A DNA stretch of 64,000 nucleotides. Source: the human T2T-CHM13v2.0 reference genome, Homo sapiens. The position numbers and the translations under genes are program-made. Positions 31,641 to 47,843 of the stretch are shown in pieces. The notes under the pieces were generated by a model, which worked only from the letters and a program-made list of their open reading frames with translations, did no database searches and had not been told where the DNA came from. The DNA lies in NCBI RefSeq assembly GCF_009914755.1, contig NC_060926.1; one strand, written 5' to 3'. Position 1 is the stretch's first letter. Every line of letters starts with the position of its first letter.

Positions 31641-32006
31641 CAGCAAACAAGAAAACTAAACAGGCTTTAAGGAAAGAGCAATCTAATTATCTGATTATAT
31701 GACTGGCACTAAGATGGGAATGACTCTGGCCTAATTTCTTCAATTTACATTTTAAAATAGGAGCTTAGTTAGCCCCCAAATAATATGTAATTGATGTATT
31801 AGCGTTGGGGAGTGAATATTTTTCAAAGCAGAAGATATTTCTCAATTCTTGCTTACTTTTAGAGGTTGAAGTTCAAGGAAGCCCCTTCCTTGGCACTGTA
31901 TCCCAGGGAGGTATTTGGAGTTAATTTCAGGGCTTAGCAGTGACTCTTTAGAAAAGCAGTATACGATTGAAATGTAATGTGGTACAAATGAGATCACTAC
32001 AAGTAA

Positions 32007-32319
<313 letters not shown>

Positions 32320-32917
32320 TCTAGTAGTACTTTTATCAAAAGTAAATGGAAACATGAAATTAATTTTCACAATACATTTTATTTAAACTAATATGTTCAC
32401 AATGTTAAAATTTCAACATGTAATCACTATAAAAACTACTAGTGAGATATTTCACATTACTTTTTTCATGTAAGCCTTTGAAATCTGGTGGGTATTTTAT
32501 ATTTACTGTACATCCTGATTTGGAATAACCACATTTCAATATTTCAATAGCCACATGTGGCTAGTGGCTACTGTGTTAGAGCAGTTCTAGAACAAAGGAG
32601 TCCCTTTAAAACTATTTTGAAGTCATCGTCTATAAGGCAATATGAAAGCTGATCTGAATGATTTCTCCTTTTCCAGGAAAGGAAACAAAAATGAAATCAC
32701 GTTAGGGCTGCATATTTTATGGATCCCAGGAAAAATACACATAGTCTGAAAGAATGATCTCAGTCAGAAACTCAGAATGAATCATATGAATTAAACATTG
32801 GACAATGTCCAATGCTCAGCATGTGTTTTTGGTTTATACTAAGAGCATATTATGCCACCAAATACAGATATTTACTATTATACTTCGTGTAGGAGGTATA
32901 TTGAGACATTGTTCTAG

Positions 32918-33274
<357 letters not shown>

Positions 33275-34019
33275 TAATCTTAAACTACACTAAAATAAAT
33301 AATGTAAACCTTTTGTCAAATTGCTCAGAGTAGGTTTCTACTTTGGTTATAAGGAATAAAATTCATGCTTTTGTCTACACACTAGACATCTAAAGCAACC
33401 AACCATAGTTAACAAGCAGTGCTCTTACCAAAAGGTAACTCTTTCTAGAATCTGGCACACCATTTAATATCAGTATGAGCATATGGTGGGTTTAATAATT
33501 GTTTTCCATGTTTATAAGTTTTCTTTAGTTTTATAAGCAGTTAAAATGAATCCCTTTCACTGAAATACAATCTGTGGTGGGACTTCTAGCTTTTCTCGAT
33601 CTTACGCTGCTAGATTTATGTCACTGCCATAGCTATGCAATGGGTGATATTTACACTATGCTCAAACAAAGCAACCAGAAAAACACATCACTGAATAATA
33701 CAGATATTCTGAAGTCAAGCAAGCCAACTTTCATTAACAGATCAATTTCCTTAGAAAAGTTGATGAAACTAAAGACTGAAGTTCAAACAAAAAGCCCTCT
33801 CAAGGGGTTATGAATTTCTGGTAACTTATGGGGTAAGAAAAAGAGCAAGAAACTTGAAAGTAGGGAAGAGAAAAAAGAAAAGGAGCAAGAGGGAGTAGCC
33901 AGCTCTCAAAAGAGTCTCCAATAGGAAAGCAAAATCTGTATCTAGCCAATACCAACAAGTGAAGAAAGAGTGAGCATAGCAAAATTGAGAAAGGTTGCTT
34001 GAAAACCAAACAAAAAACC

Positions 34020-34780
<761 letters not shown>

Positions 34781-35159
34781 AGCCTCCTTTAAAAAATGCA
34801 GTTTGATGCTATAAATTTATCAGTTAATGGTTTTTGGGGCAAAAAATGTTTTCTGACATTTCGATAAGAGCTATAGACGAAGTCCAGCATTAGTCATGAC
34901 TCTGGACTAAGTCTGGAAATCTGGAATCTCTTCCCAGCTCTGGGAGGTACAAAGTTTTAAAAAATAAGGTCAAAATGCTGGAAAACATTCAATTTATTTC
35001 CTTATTAACACAATTGTTCACTCATAAACGACAGTAACACTTGGTGCTATGGGTCATGCACTGAGGTCAGAACAAGGAACAGAAGAAAATGAGGTAAATT
35101 GGTAAATCTTTTTGCAGGCTGAGAAGTGAGAGAATGCTGGCATGCCTACTCTGTGCTGG

Positions 35160-35478
35160 GTTTTTTGTTTTTGTTTTTGTTTTTTTTTTGAGATGGGGTC
35201 TTGCTCTATCGCCCAGGCTGGAGTGCAGTGGCGCAATCTCGGCTCACTGCAAGCTCCACCTCCTGGGTTCACGCCATTCTTCTGCTCTTCTGCCTCAGCC
35301 TCCCAAGTAGCTGGGACTACAGGCATCCGCCACCATGCCTGGCTGATTTTTTGTATTTTTAGTAGAGACGGGGCTTCACCGTGTTAGCCAGGATGCTCCC
35401 GATCTCCTGACCTTGTGATACGCCCACCTTGGCCTCCCAAAGTGCTGGGATTACAGGTGTGAGCCACTGCATCCAGCC
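35160..35478 (-). mobile_element. AluY
   Basis: TSD ctctgtgctgggtttt. Confidence 0.9.
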
Positions 35479-36199
35479 CTCTGTGCTGGGTTTTATGTCG
35501 TCCAATAACTCACAACTATGTAATTTATTTCCTTTTTACAGATAAAGAAATGGGGGCTCAGAGCAGTCAAGAACATGCCCCAAGTTATTCGTCAGTGAGG
35601 CGGAAATTGTGGTGTCCTTGTGTAAGTTCACAGTTTATACTTTACCATTATACTGTGCTCCAAATTATCTGATATTTACTTTCAAAGCATGTGTAGAAAG
35701 TTTACTATGATGATGCAGAGACATTGTACAGAATCCAGTCCCTTGACTCTCAGGTCCCCAGAACACTCACTTCACGATTTTGTTGACCTCTTCTGTCAAC
35801 TTAAACCTGGCACTCTCTTGGCTGGCTTTCTCTGCTCTTTCTGGGCACTCCAAAGCTTCTGTACTTACATGCTACAATTCCAGTCACAGGAAGATGCTGA
35901 GTTCTTTAGTCCCAGATCCATATTCCTGAGAAAACCTAATTGCCTAGGCTCAGGTCATAACTCTGTATCTGTTTCAGTTGATTATGGCTGGGCCTACTGC
36001 CCCTCTGTATGGTGGTGGGGCAAAAGTTCCCAGAGAGAGGCAGGGGTGACAGGTTGTCTCAAATGCTAGGCAGACATCTGGAGTGGTAACCACTACATCT
36101 GTTCACAGTGAGCACATCCTTGCAGGGAAACTGGGTTAATCATCTCTATTATTGAAACTCAGACGTATAGTGTTTCTTCATAGGAGTTTTCTTTCCTTA

Positions 36200-36486
36200 T
36201 TTGAGATGGGGGTCTCACTTTGTTGCCCAGGCTGGAGTGCAGTGGTGTGTGATCTTGGCTCACTGCAGCCTCCCCTCCCGAGTTCAAGCGATTCTCCTAC
36301 CTCAGCCTGCTGAGTAACTGGGACTACAGGCATGGGCCAACATGCCTGGCTAATTTTTGTATTTTTCGTAGAGACAAGTTTTCACCATATTGGCCAGGCT
36401 GGTCTTGGACTCCTGACCTCAGGTGATCTGCCCACCCTGGCCTCCCTAAGTGCCAGGATGACAGGTGTGAGCCATCACGCCCAGCC
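36200..36486 (-). mobile_element. AluS
   Basis: Reverse Alu dimer. Confidence 0.85.
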
Positions 36487-37089
36487 TATTTATAGGAATT
36501 TTCTGTAGGTATATAAGTAATAATTTGAAGTTCACAACTAGATGCCTTTTCGTGTAACCGTATCTTGAATGGAACAAACATTTTCTTTCTACGTAATTAT
36601 ACATAAATAACCCAATGCTTTTTAATACCCACGAAAAACCATTAGCTCAAAGACACTTGCAAACTTGTATCAGGTTGTTTTCCTTGGTCTGTATTAAGTT
36701 TGAAGCAAAGGGGATTTTCACATACCAAGACGAAGCAGAAGTCTTCCACCAAGTTGAAATCATCACGTTGAAATTTAATCATATGATACAACCAATTTTT
36801 TGATGTGTTATGCCATTCGCCAAATACCAACAATTTTTTAGGGGAAACTTTACATCCTCAATACTATACACTTCCAGCTACACCACCACCTAACAGGGAC
36901 TTTAAAAAGAATACAAAGTACGGTATGCCTTCTCAGTGCCTTGTTAGTAATTCAGTTACAGTTCTGCCAAACTTTCTTTAAAGGAATACAATTCTCAATC
37001 TTACACTGTTCAGAGCACAAGCATAGCTTATTGTATACAAGAGATGTGCATCAGTTCCCACTCCTCAGGGACTGTATGAATTTGGCTTT

Positions 37090-37385
37090 ATTTTTATTTA
37101 TTTTTTTGACGGAGTCTCACTCTGTCACCAGGCTGGAGTGCAGTAGTGTGATCTCGGCTCACTGGACTCTGCCACCCGGGTTCAAGTGATTCTCCTGCCT
37201 CAGCCTCCCAAGTAGCTGGGACTACAGGTGCACACCACCATGCCCAGCTGATTTTTTGTGTGTTTTTAGTAGAGACGGGGTTTCACCACGTTGGCCAGGA
37301 TGGTCTCGATCTCTTGACCTCATGATCTACCCGCTTTGGCCTCCCAAGGTGCTGGGATTACAGGCATGAGCCACTGTGCTGGGCC
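37090..37385 (-). mobile_element. AluSc-like
   Basis: ctgtcaccaggc (2-nt deletion), ggccaggatggtctcgatctcttg. Confidence 0.85.
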
Positions 37386-37596
37386 AAATTTGGTTCTTAG
37401 AAACCAAGGAGTGATGTGTGCACCAGGCCCAGGGCTGAAGAGCTGCTTCTCACTAGATGCCTCTCTTGGTCTGGCTGCTGTGTCCAGTCCTATCCAGGGT
37501 TAGCTCTGTTCCTCCTTCTTGTGGCATCTGTGTTTCTCTTTCTGCTCTGCCTCTCCCCATCTCCTAGTCCAAACATCCAAAGAAATTAATTACCTC

Positions 37597-37831
<235 letters not shown>

Positions 37832-38159
37832 TTAATGACCTCTGCCCCTAACTGAACAAAGCCCTTCATCTAAGGCCACCCTTTGGTTGGCAGCCTTAGC
37901 CAGACATCTGCTTCTGGTCAAATCAATGTCTTGTCCACAGGGAGGCCCAGCGCTGTTTCTGGTTTTAGCTGGATGCAGGGTGTCAGACATGGCAGGTACT
38001 ACGGTCTACCTGGCGGGTATCAAAGAGTTGGTCGACGTTCTCTCAACAACCTAATAGGGACCAACCATGGAAGGCCAGTAGTAAAGGAGTTTGAAGTTCC
38101 CTTTCAGAAACCAATTAACAACCCCAAAGAGACAGTGTGTAACATAAAAGAGCTGCCAT

Positions 38160-39979
38160 AAAAATATACAGTTAAACATATTTAATAGAAATATTAAAAT
38201 AATCATTACACTTCCTCTCATTGCAGAAACCATGAAAGAATATGCCTTTTGTAATCAATTTTTTATCATGCAAAAAAGTATTTTGTTATGACATTTGTAA
38301 GTGGAGACTATATTTCAAAACAAGTTTATACAGACTTCAAAAGGTCTCAAGTCAAAGAGAAAGTGAAATATATTTAAATATGATTAGTTACATCGTATGC
38401 AGCTGGCATACTCATATTCACAGTTTATAAAGTAAAAAAACTAAACTCTTCATGTCGGCTCTGAAATAGATGCATTTTCATTCATACATTCGCTAGTTAG
38501 GTCTGTTCTTCTAAGGAGGAAAGACGAGATATATGAGATATTTTTTAAAGAACAAACTCAACATATCAGCAGCAAATTTCAGTTAAACTAAATTGGAAAC
38601 CAATGTTCTGTGTAACCAAAGTGCAAAGTCAGTTCCCCAGCTCAGAAAGAAAATTAAGAGTATAAACTGAAGGCTTAAGAGAACTTCAGAGAGCATACTA
38701 TGTGATTAATACATAAATATTAAAAATTATCCAATTTTTGATTTAAGAACAACACAGTTTGGATCTAGTCATTAAAACATATGCAGCGGTGTCAAAGGCA
38801 AGTAACACTACCACCTAAGGTTATTCAGAGGAACTGTGAAGATGTAGCACGGACCTCTAAGGTGTCTAAAATCCCTTCTGATGGAAAGCTTATGGAACAC
38901 TATCTGCCAAAAACACTGAAAGCACCACTTTTATATTTAGATTCAATGCTGAGTGATATAGTCACTGTTGGGATAGGTTTTTATTTGGGAAAATGGAGAG
39001 GATTCTCAAAACAGATTCATGGCTTGCATGCAGTGACACCCTATCAAGAGCCTGGAAAGACACCATGAAATCACCTCAACTCAAGTGGTGGGCCCACCTA
39101 TTCATAGTCAGTGTTACACTAGCCAGCTCTAGGGCTCTGACAACATAATGAGTTTTGAGATAGTATACTTTAAAGAAAAAAAGAAGAGTTTATTTTAAAG
39201 CAAATAACTAAACTGTATTTTAACTTAGCACAATTAACTGCAGCATATTTACTTCATAGCCCCTTAACATGTCACTTTTACCAACAAAGCTTTTTCCTTC
39301 ATATTCTAATCACAAAAATTTCTCAACAATTTATAACAATCTGTAAATCTGACCTTGCAATAAATAGTCATAAAATGTTATTTTTATTACTATTATTATT
39401 TTTAGAGACAAGGTCTCGCTCTGTTCCCCGAGCTGGAGTGCAGTGATACAATCACAGCTCACTAGCCTCAAACGATTCTCCAGCCTCAGCCTCCCCAAGT
39501 AGTGGGATTTCAGGCATGAATCACCACACCTGGCCTTGAAACATTATTTTTAAAGCCTAAATTCCAGTTGGTATGGTACCAAAATTTAGTTTAACTTCAA
39601 AATTCACAGTACTGCCGAGAAATGGGCGGGTCCTGAGGTTCCAGAGAAGTGGGGAGTGAATTCATTCCTGGTGGTTTTATTCTGGCAGCATGCATGGGAG
39701 ATCACATGAGTTAGAGGGCTGTGGCCTGGTATCAACACTTCAAGCTGTTGTACTTTTACTTCAAGTTGAAACTTTTAAAATACATCTGTCATATAGATGT
39801 ACAAATATATGTAAATGCAAACATATACACACTTTTTGACAAAAGAATGATGGTAATACACATGAACCATTTTTGTAAATAGATTTTATTTGGTTAATAA
39901 AAACATTCCTTCCATCAACCTATCGAAGTCCAAACCAACTACGAAGATAGGATGCCCATCCAGAAGAACGGGAAGCATT
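38160..39979 (-). other. RGPD3: GCC2-derived 3'UTR of RGPD3
   Basis: AT-rich sequence downstream of the terminal exon stop, with several candidate poly(A) signals; the 3' end cannot be determined from sequence alone. Confidence 0.55.
39383..39388 (-). terminator. Candidate poly(A) signal AATAAA for RGPD3
   Basis: tttatt on +; an ATTAAA alternative lies at 38181-38186. Confidence 0.4.
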
Positions 39980-39990
39980 TTATTCCTCAC
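39980..39990 (-). CDS. RGPD3: RGPD3 last coding exon (GEE*)
   Basis: ctttccaaag|GT GAG GAA TAA; the GCC2-like remainder NASRSSGWASYLRSWFGLR* follows in frame to TAG at 39920-39922. Confidence 0.85.
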
Positions 39991-40080
39991 CTTTGGAAAG
40001 TAAAACAAAAAAAAAGAAAAAAGAGAGTATTAAAATTTCTCAATGTAAAATCTATATTTTAGAACCACTCTACAATATAA

Positions 40081-40518
<438 letters not shown>

Positions 40519-41684
40519 TAATTTTCTATTTTAGCTTTAAAACATTGATAAGCAACATGAAGCAATCTAGAACTTAACCTTTAAATGGCTTTATTAAAGC
40601 AATCCAGCTATGAAAATTATGCAGAAATGATTATCTACAATCTTACCAGCACATAAGAAATTCTTCCTCTATTCTGAAATACCATCTTCTCACAATATAC
40701 TTTGATGTTATGAATCAATGTCTGTTCTTGAACATTATTTATTGTCTTTCTCTATTAAACAATTCCAAAATAAAATTTCCAGCACAACTAAATATTGTTG
40801 ACGATAAGAGGATTTTAAAAAAAATTCTTTTAAAACAGAAGCTTATATACAACTTAGAATCTAAAACCAATAGATTTATGGTAAACCTTAAAACTGAACC
40901 AAAACAAACAAAAACCAAAGTTTTAATCATTTAAAAATCATGTTTATTGAGGTACAACTTACTTATAGTAAAACCTGCCCTTTTCAGCGTATAGCACTGA
41001 GTCTTGACAAATGCACAGTTACGTACCACCACCAACCAAGGCCTGGCACATTTTCACCTCCTCAAAGTTCTCCCTGGCTGCTTCTCCCACTCCTTGGCAA
41101 CCGCTAACCTGTTTTCTGTCCTTATAGTTCTGCTTTTTTCAGTGTCATATAAGTAGAATCACACTGTACATAGTATTTTGAGTCTGACCTCTGTCAACTG
41201 GCATAATGCATTTGAGAATTATCCATGTTGCTGTACTGGCAGTGCATTCTTTTTTATTGCTGAGCAGTATTCAATTGCATGGCTGTACCAGTTTGTTTAT
41301 TCATTTGCCAGTTGAAGGATAACTGAGATCTTCCTCGTTTTTAGCAATTTTAAAGAAAGTTTCTACGAATAATTGTGTACAGGTTTTTAATTAAATGTTT
41401 TGGAGATATAATTCATATACCACATAATTCACCTTTTTAAAGTGCATAATTCACTGGTTTTTAATATATTCACAAGGTTTGTGCATAGGTTTTTGTGTGA
41501 ATACTGGTTTTCATTCCTCTTGGATAAAGATTTAATTTGGTATTACCCTTCCAGACACCATTCTGTGTTTTCATACGTATATATGTATGACAGTTTGACC
41601 TTAGGCAGAGTAGCATTTTCAAACTTTTACATGGGGAAATTTTCTAGAGTTAAAGCCATTTTATTTTTCTGTTCTGTCTGGTTT

Positions 41685-42185
41685 TATCTGCGTGTTATTT
41701 ACAATCTGCTGCGTAACAAATTACTACAAACTTAGTACCTTAACACATATTTATTTCACAGTTTCTGTGGGTCAGGAGATCAGAAATGGTTCTATTTCAA
41801 GGTCTCTCACAGGGCTGCAATCAAGATGTTGGCATGGCTGGGGTCTCATCTGAAGGCTGGACTGGAGAAGAATCTACTTCCAAACTTATGTGGTAGTTGG
41901 AAGAATTTAGTTCCTCAAGGCTGCTAAACTGATGGCCTGTGTTCCTTGCCTCTGGGATGGTAGCTTGCTTCAACAAAGTGTGCAAGCAGAGAAGACAGAG
42001 AGAGTCCGCTAGCAAGATAGAAGCCACAATCTCTTGTAATCTATCATTTTTGCTGTATTCTACTGGTTAAAAATAACTCATTAGGTTAGCCTACTGGCTC
42101 TCAAGGGGAAGAGATTATACAAAGGCATGAATTTCTGGAGGAGGCAATGAGGGCAAAGAACTCTGAAAAGTCTCTCTTCCACAAT
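41685..42185 (-). mobile_element. MLT1 (E/F-like) MaLR LTR
   Basis: gctgcgtaacaaattactacaaacttag...cacagtttctgtgggtcagga...ggctgcaatcaagatgttggc. Confidence 0.7.
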
Positions 42186-43444
42186 CTGAAGAACTTCTAG
42201 AAAGTAGAAGGAAGCGATATTGCTTAGGGATGGACAACTTGGCACTGGTTATGTGTTCCAAGTGAGGTAACCTTGTTCCCAGGAATAAAGAGAACCAGAT
42301 GACTATAAACATTTCCCTAAACTGAAATGCACTGTTGTATGTTCACCTGCAATGAATGGTGTAAGCTGAATATAAGATTTTTGACAAAATAAAAATTTTG
42401 CTGTGTTCTCAGATCTGGCAGGCTCCTGCCCTTGTGCAAACAATGTTCCTGGCAACTATTCATCTCCTTAGGTAAATAAGAATTGGAGAAAAGCTGTGCT
42501 TAGATAGGGTGCATTTGCTCTTGCCTTGGAAGGCTGTTTTCTGATAAGGTTCTATATCCTCTGCAAATCAAATCAGGCACTTACAGTGTGAGTATGCATT
42601 CTCTTCCTGCCAGTCTGGAGATGATCAAAAAGCCTATAACAGGCTTGGCCTATTTTCCTATTGGGTTGCTGGGCTTTTTTTCTTTATTTACTTGTAGAGA
42701 GTTTTAGACCTCTGTGTATGTATGGTGTACAAGTGACAATATTCAGATCTGTAAACTGTAACCCAGTCTGGGAGCAAAGAAGATATAGAAAAATGACTTT
42801 TACTTCCGGCTTGAGTAGTAAAATTGAGATTCAAATTTTGCATATAGAAGTACTATATGGCTAACTTATTTGGGGAGCAAAGCTGACTTACCATAAGTCT
42901 ATCTCAAATAGAAATGAAACACTCAATTTGTGAAATATGCTGAGTTTTAATGCGTGTGGGGGCAGGGTGAATTAACATTTGTGATGCAAGGAGAAGAGCA
43001 ATCTATACTTACCACTGTCTATTTGACATTGTTTGGGGACTACTGCTACACTCTAAGTCATTTTACCTTATAACGCAGAGTTGTAACACGCTACTCTGAG
43101 CAGCTCATGACATCTGCTTGAAATTTAAGTTGGGCCCCTAGTATGTGTTTATTATAAAGATTTTGATGCTGCTTTTCAGAGTTGGGTAACCTACTTTACC
43201 CCCTAAGCTAATGTTTCCCAAATACACCCAAACCCACAGAAAGGAAAACTATTCCTCATTAACTCACAGCCAACATCATAAACATTTTATATCTAGAGCT
43301 GATGATACAGTCAGGTATTTACCAACACTCATGTATATATGTAGAGTGTCAAGAAATAATTGCTTATCCTTAGTAGATTCAACATTAGCCTTACTAGATT
43401 CAACATATTCTAATGTTTCACATATTATTTTTATTTCTTAATTT

Positions 43445-43745
43445 TTTTTTAAAGATGGGGTTTTACTCTGTTGCCCAGGCTGAAATGCAGTGGCGTGACC
43501 AGGATTTCGACCAGAAGTTTGACTGCAGCCTCGAACCCCTTATAACAAAGAATCCTGCTGCCTTAGCCTCCCGAGTAGCTAGGACTATGGGCACATGCCA
43601 CCAGAACGGGCATATTTTAAAATTTTTGTAGACATAGGGTCTCGCCATGTTGCCCAGGCTGATTCTGAACTCCTGTTCTCAAGCAATCCTCCTGCCTGGT
43701 CTTCTCAAACTGTTGGGCTTACAGGTGTGAGTCACTGAGCCCAGC
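43445..43745 (-). mobile_element. AluJ (diverged)
   Basis: Reverse dimer. Confidence 0.8.
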
Positions 43746-44406
43746 TTGTATTCTTTTGATTTTAAAAAAATATTCTGAATGTGATCCACCAAATTAATTT
43801 CACCATCCACTAATAGGTAGCAACCTGAATGAAAAATACTATTATAAACTTTACACAAAACCAGAGATTATAAACATTTGCTTCCAAGGACATGAGAGAG
43901 GTAAAAGGTACTTGTTTGCTCTGATGGGCCCTGTTTCCTTCAGTGCCAGGAAGAGTGGCTCTCAGACCTTTCTTCTAGCATCCCTCATGTATGCAGTGTT
44001 GGTTATTATTTTCAAGGCCTTGGTAACAAAATGCCCCTAGTGTGACCAGTCAGACTGACAGTCCATATCTGTAATATGGTGGTAAGTTTCCTTTGCATGT
44101 CTTTCTTTCTGGCATCTTAGACCTTTTACCTAGGAAATTTTCTTTTTGCTTGAAGTACATCATTAAGAATTTTCAGTGAAGGCAGATTCTTAAAGTTTTT
44201 GTTTTCCAGAAGAGATCTTGGAAAATATAAAAGGTTGGCAGTTATTTCTTTTAGTACATGAGACAGTATTACACCAATGCTGTTGAGAAGTCTATTGTGA
44301 GGCAATGTGTCTTCTTTCTCTGGCTGCTTTTGAGATTTCTCTCTGTCTTTTTTAGGGGCAGTTTTACTCTTATGTGACTAGAAGTAGATTTCTTCTTTTT
44401 TTTTAA

Positions 44407-44935
<529 letters not shown>

Positions 44936-45805
44936 TTACATTCTCTCTCTTAAAGAGAAAATGTAAGGTATCTAAATCTGCTGCTAAACCATCATGGTTT
45001 TTAATTATAATAAGGTCTCTTTTATGTACTCACATTGATAAGAGACAAGTAGTAAATAATCTTTAAAGGGCAAACTAATTTAAATGTGTTTTCCTGTCTG
45101 TTTACAGGACTTACCAAATGCACATCTTAGAGTTCTGGGTTTCTAATGTGTATCTCCTCTATGAAATTCTTTAAAAATATCTGTTCTTGGTATCCCTTAG
45201 GTTAGTCTCTTTTAGAACTTCTAAATCAATGGACCCTTAACTTATAGGAGCCACCTGGACGTTAGCAACATCTACATTAAACATGCTGAGCTTTTAAAAG
45301 AGGGCTGTTAGACATGCTGAGTATTTTGAGATAATATCATTGTTGTATTGAAAACTATTGAAAACTTTAATTTTAAAATGCAAACGTTCTTAAAGTCCTG
45401 GTTAATTTTATAACTATAAAATTAGTTATAATTTTGAGATTTCTGTCTTGCTTTTTATAGGGGCAGTTTTACTCTTAGGTGACTAGAAGTAGATTTCTTC
45501 TTTTTTATAACTATAAAATTAGGTTTACTTTTGTTAGAATAAATTAAAGACAGTGAATTTGTAATCTGAATAACTACTAAAAATATACATGATGTATTCT
45601 TATTTGGGCCCTTGTGACAAAAATACTATTGTGGCTATAGAAACCTATCCTATAGTTTGAAGAACTGAGATTACTGTCAGTATTGAGAACATTCCTCCTT
45701 CATCATTAGAAAGATTATAAAAAACCAGATTCAAAGAAACTATCAATACTACTTATGAAGTATGTCTGTAAAAAAAATTAAGCCTGAATCTTATCAGGCC
45801 TCTAG

Positions 45806-45960
45806 ACCAGGGGTTTTCAAGGTATGGGCCCCAGACCAGAAGTATCAGCAACAAAATGCTAAAACTGCAGAATCTTGGGTCAGAAATTGGGGACCAGCAA
45901 TTGGAATTTTAGTAAGTATACCAGATGATTCAGATGCCTGCTCAATTTTGAGGATGACTC
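45806..45960 (+). mobile_element. MER5A-like hAT element
   Basis: ccaggggttttcaaggtatgggccccagaccag...ccagatgattcagatgcctgctcaattttgagga. Confidence 0.6.
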
Positions 45961-46307
45961 TTATCAGTTTAGTTATTAGGGTTTACAGGGGATGGGGAAC
46001 ATGTTAAAGAACACCAACTAGATAAGGTCAATCAGTCAAAAGTAAGATGTCTGGACATTCTGGGCCTCCTGATGTCTTAGAAAGCACACAATACCATCTA
46101 TGATGTATTTTTGTCCACCATCCCACCTAATTGCACCTGGATCTTCCTATTTATAGGCAATTGGAACAAGCTCAGTGTTACCCTGTAATGATTAAAACCC
46201 AAATATAGAACTGCTATAGCATAAATGACCACTTTCTTCAATTAATAAGTGGCACATTAAAAATATATTTATATATATAATTGTTATAGATAAAAAAACA
46301 ACAAAAT

Positions 46308-46610
<303 letters not shown>

Positions 46611-46948
46611 TTAAGGAACATCAACCAAATGCAATATATGAGCTCTATTTAGGATACTATAAAAAGACATTCACAATAACACAGGCAAAATGAACATAAA
46701 CTAGGTATAGGTGACAGAGAAATCCAATAAACATTGAATTATTCACTGGGGAAAGAAATGATGTGTGGGATTTAAGTCTCTAACTCTCCCCTATTTACGC
46801 CAAAAGATTGTCCATGAGTTGAAAACTGTTAGAGATGGGTGACAACTCAAGAGAGATTATAGCGTCTTCCTTGTGCTTGTAAATGTCAAAAATAAAAGTA
46901 ATTTAAAACTAAAACAAAAACGAAACCATAATTCTTAAGATGCAGCTT

Positions 46949-47052
46949 GAATTCAGTTAACTATAGCAGTTGTATATGAAGCATTTCAAAGAAGTTAATG
47001 ACATCACAGTATTAAATCCATCTGACATGGAAACCAACTCTAACTACATCAT

Positions 47053-47092
<40 letters not shown>

Positions 47093-47512
47093 AGATGGAG
47101 TCTCGCTCTGCCGTCAGGCTGGAGTACAGTGGTGTGACAGATCACTGCAACCTCCGCCTCGTGAGTTCAAGTGACTCTCCTGCCTCAGCCTCCTGAGTAG
47201 CTGGGACTACAGGCGCATGCCACCACGTCCAGCTAATTTTTGTATTTTTAGTAGAGACGAGATTTCACCATGTTGGCCAGGATGGTCTCGGTATCTTGAT
47301 CTTGTGATCCGCCTGCCTCGGCCTCCCAAAGTGGTGGGATTATAGGTGTGAACCACCGGCGCCTGGCCTATGGCACAGTTTTAAAACTGCATTTGCCTAG
47401 AAAGTGGACTGCTGTATATAGACCAAGTGTTGGGCTCTATGGCTCCATTGTCTTAAGCTATTTGGGGTTGGAGGAAGGAAGAGGGGTGAAGTAGAAAAGG
47501 AACAAGCTAATA
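46949..47512 (+). repeat. Direct repeat copy 1 (~240 bp, split by Alu 47055-47368)
   Basis: gaattcagttaacta...gaagtagaaaaggaacaagctaata; homologous to 48175-48413. Confidence 0.88.
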
Positions 47513-47843
47513 AATGTTTTTTAAAAAGTAGAATTTAAAACAAAACCACGTTCAGCTGAACACCAGAACGCAACACCAGGATAAAAATCCAATTTTCAAA
47601 GAGCTAGAAGATCAAGCTAAGCACTTATTGTATTTTGCTGAACGTTAAAATTATATAAATGTACTACATTTGCCTCAAGATGTTAAAAAGTCAGCTTTTC
47701 AAATCTAGTCACGGCCTACTCATATGACAGACCCAATTCAAATGAGCAAAATTGAAAAGTTACACATACAGACAACTTCTCAACCACCAGGCTGTTTAGT
47801 TTAAGTTAGAAGTCAGAAGTTCTGAGACTCTCCTTTTACCCAC

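Noticed and set aside
35689-36069. 126-aa ORF
   Set aside because: No recognisable domain or splice context; the sequence resembles an old MaLR LTR.
36670-36766. C/D-box snoRNA-like spacing on minus (GTGATGA...CTGA, 97 nt)
   Set aside because: No convincing terminal stem or recognisable guide sequence; such short motifs occur by chance.
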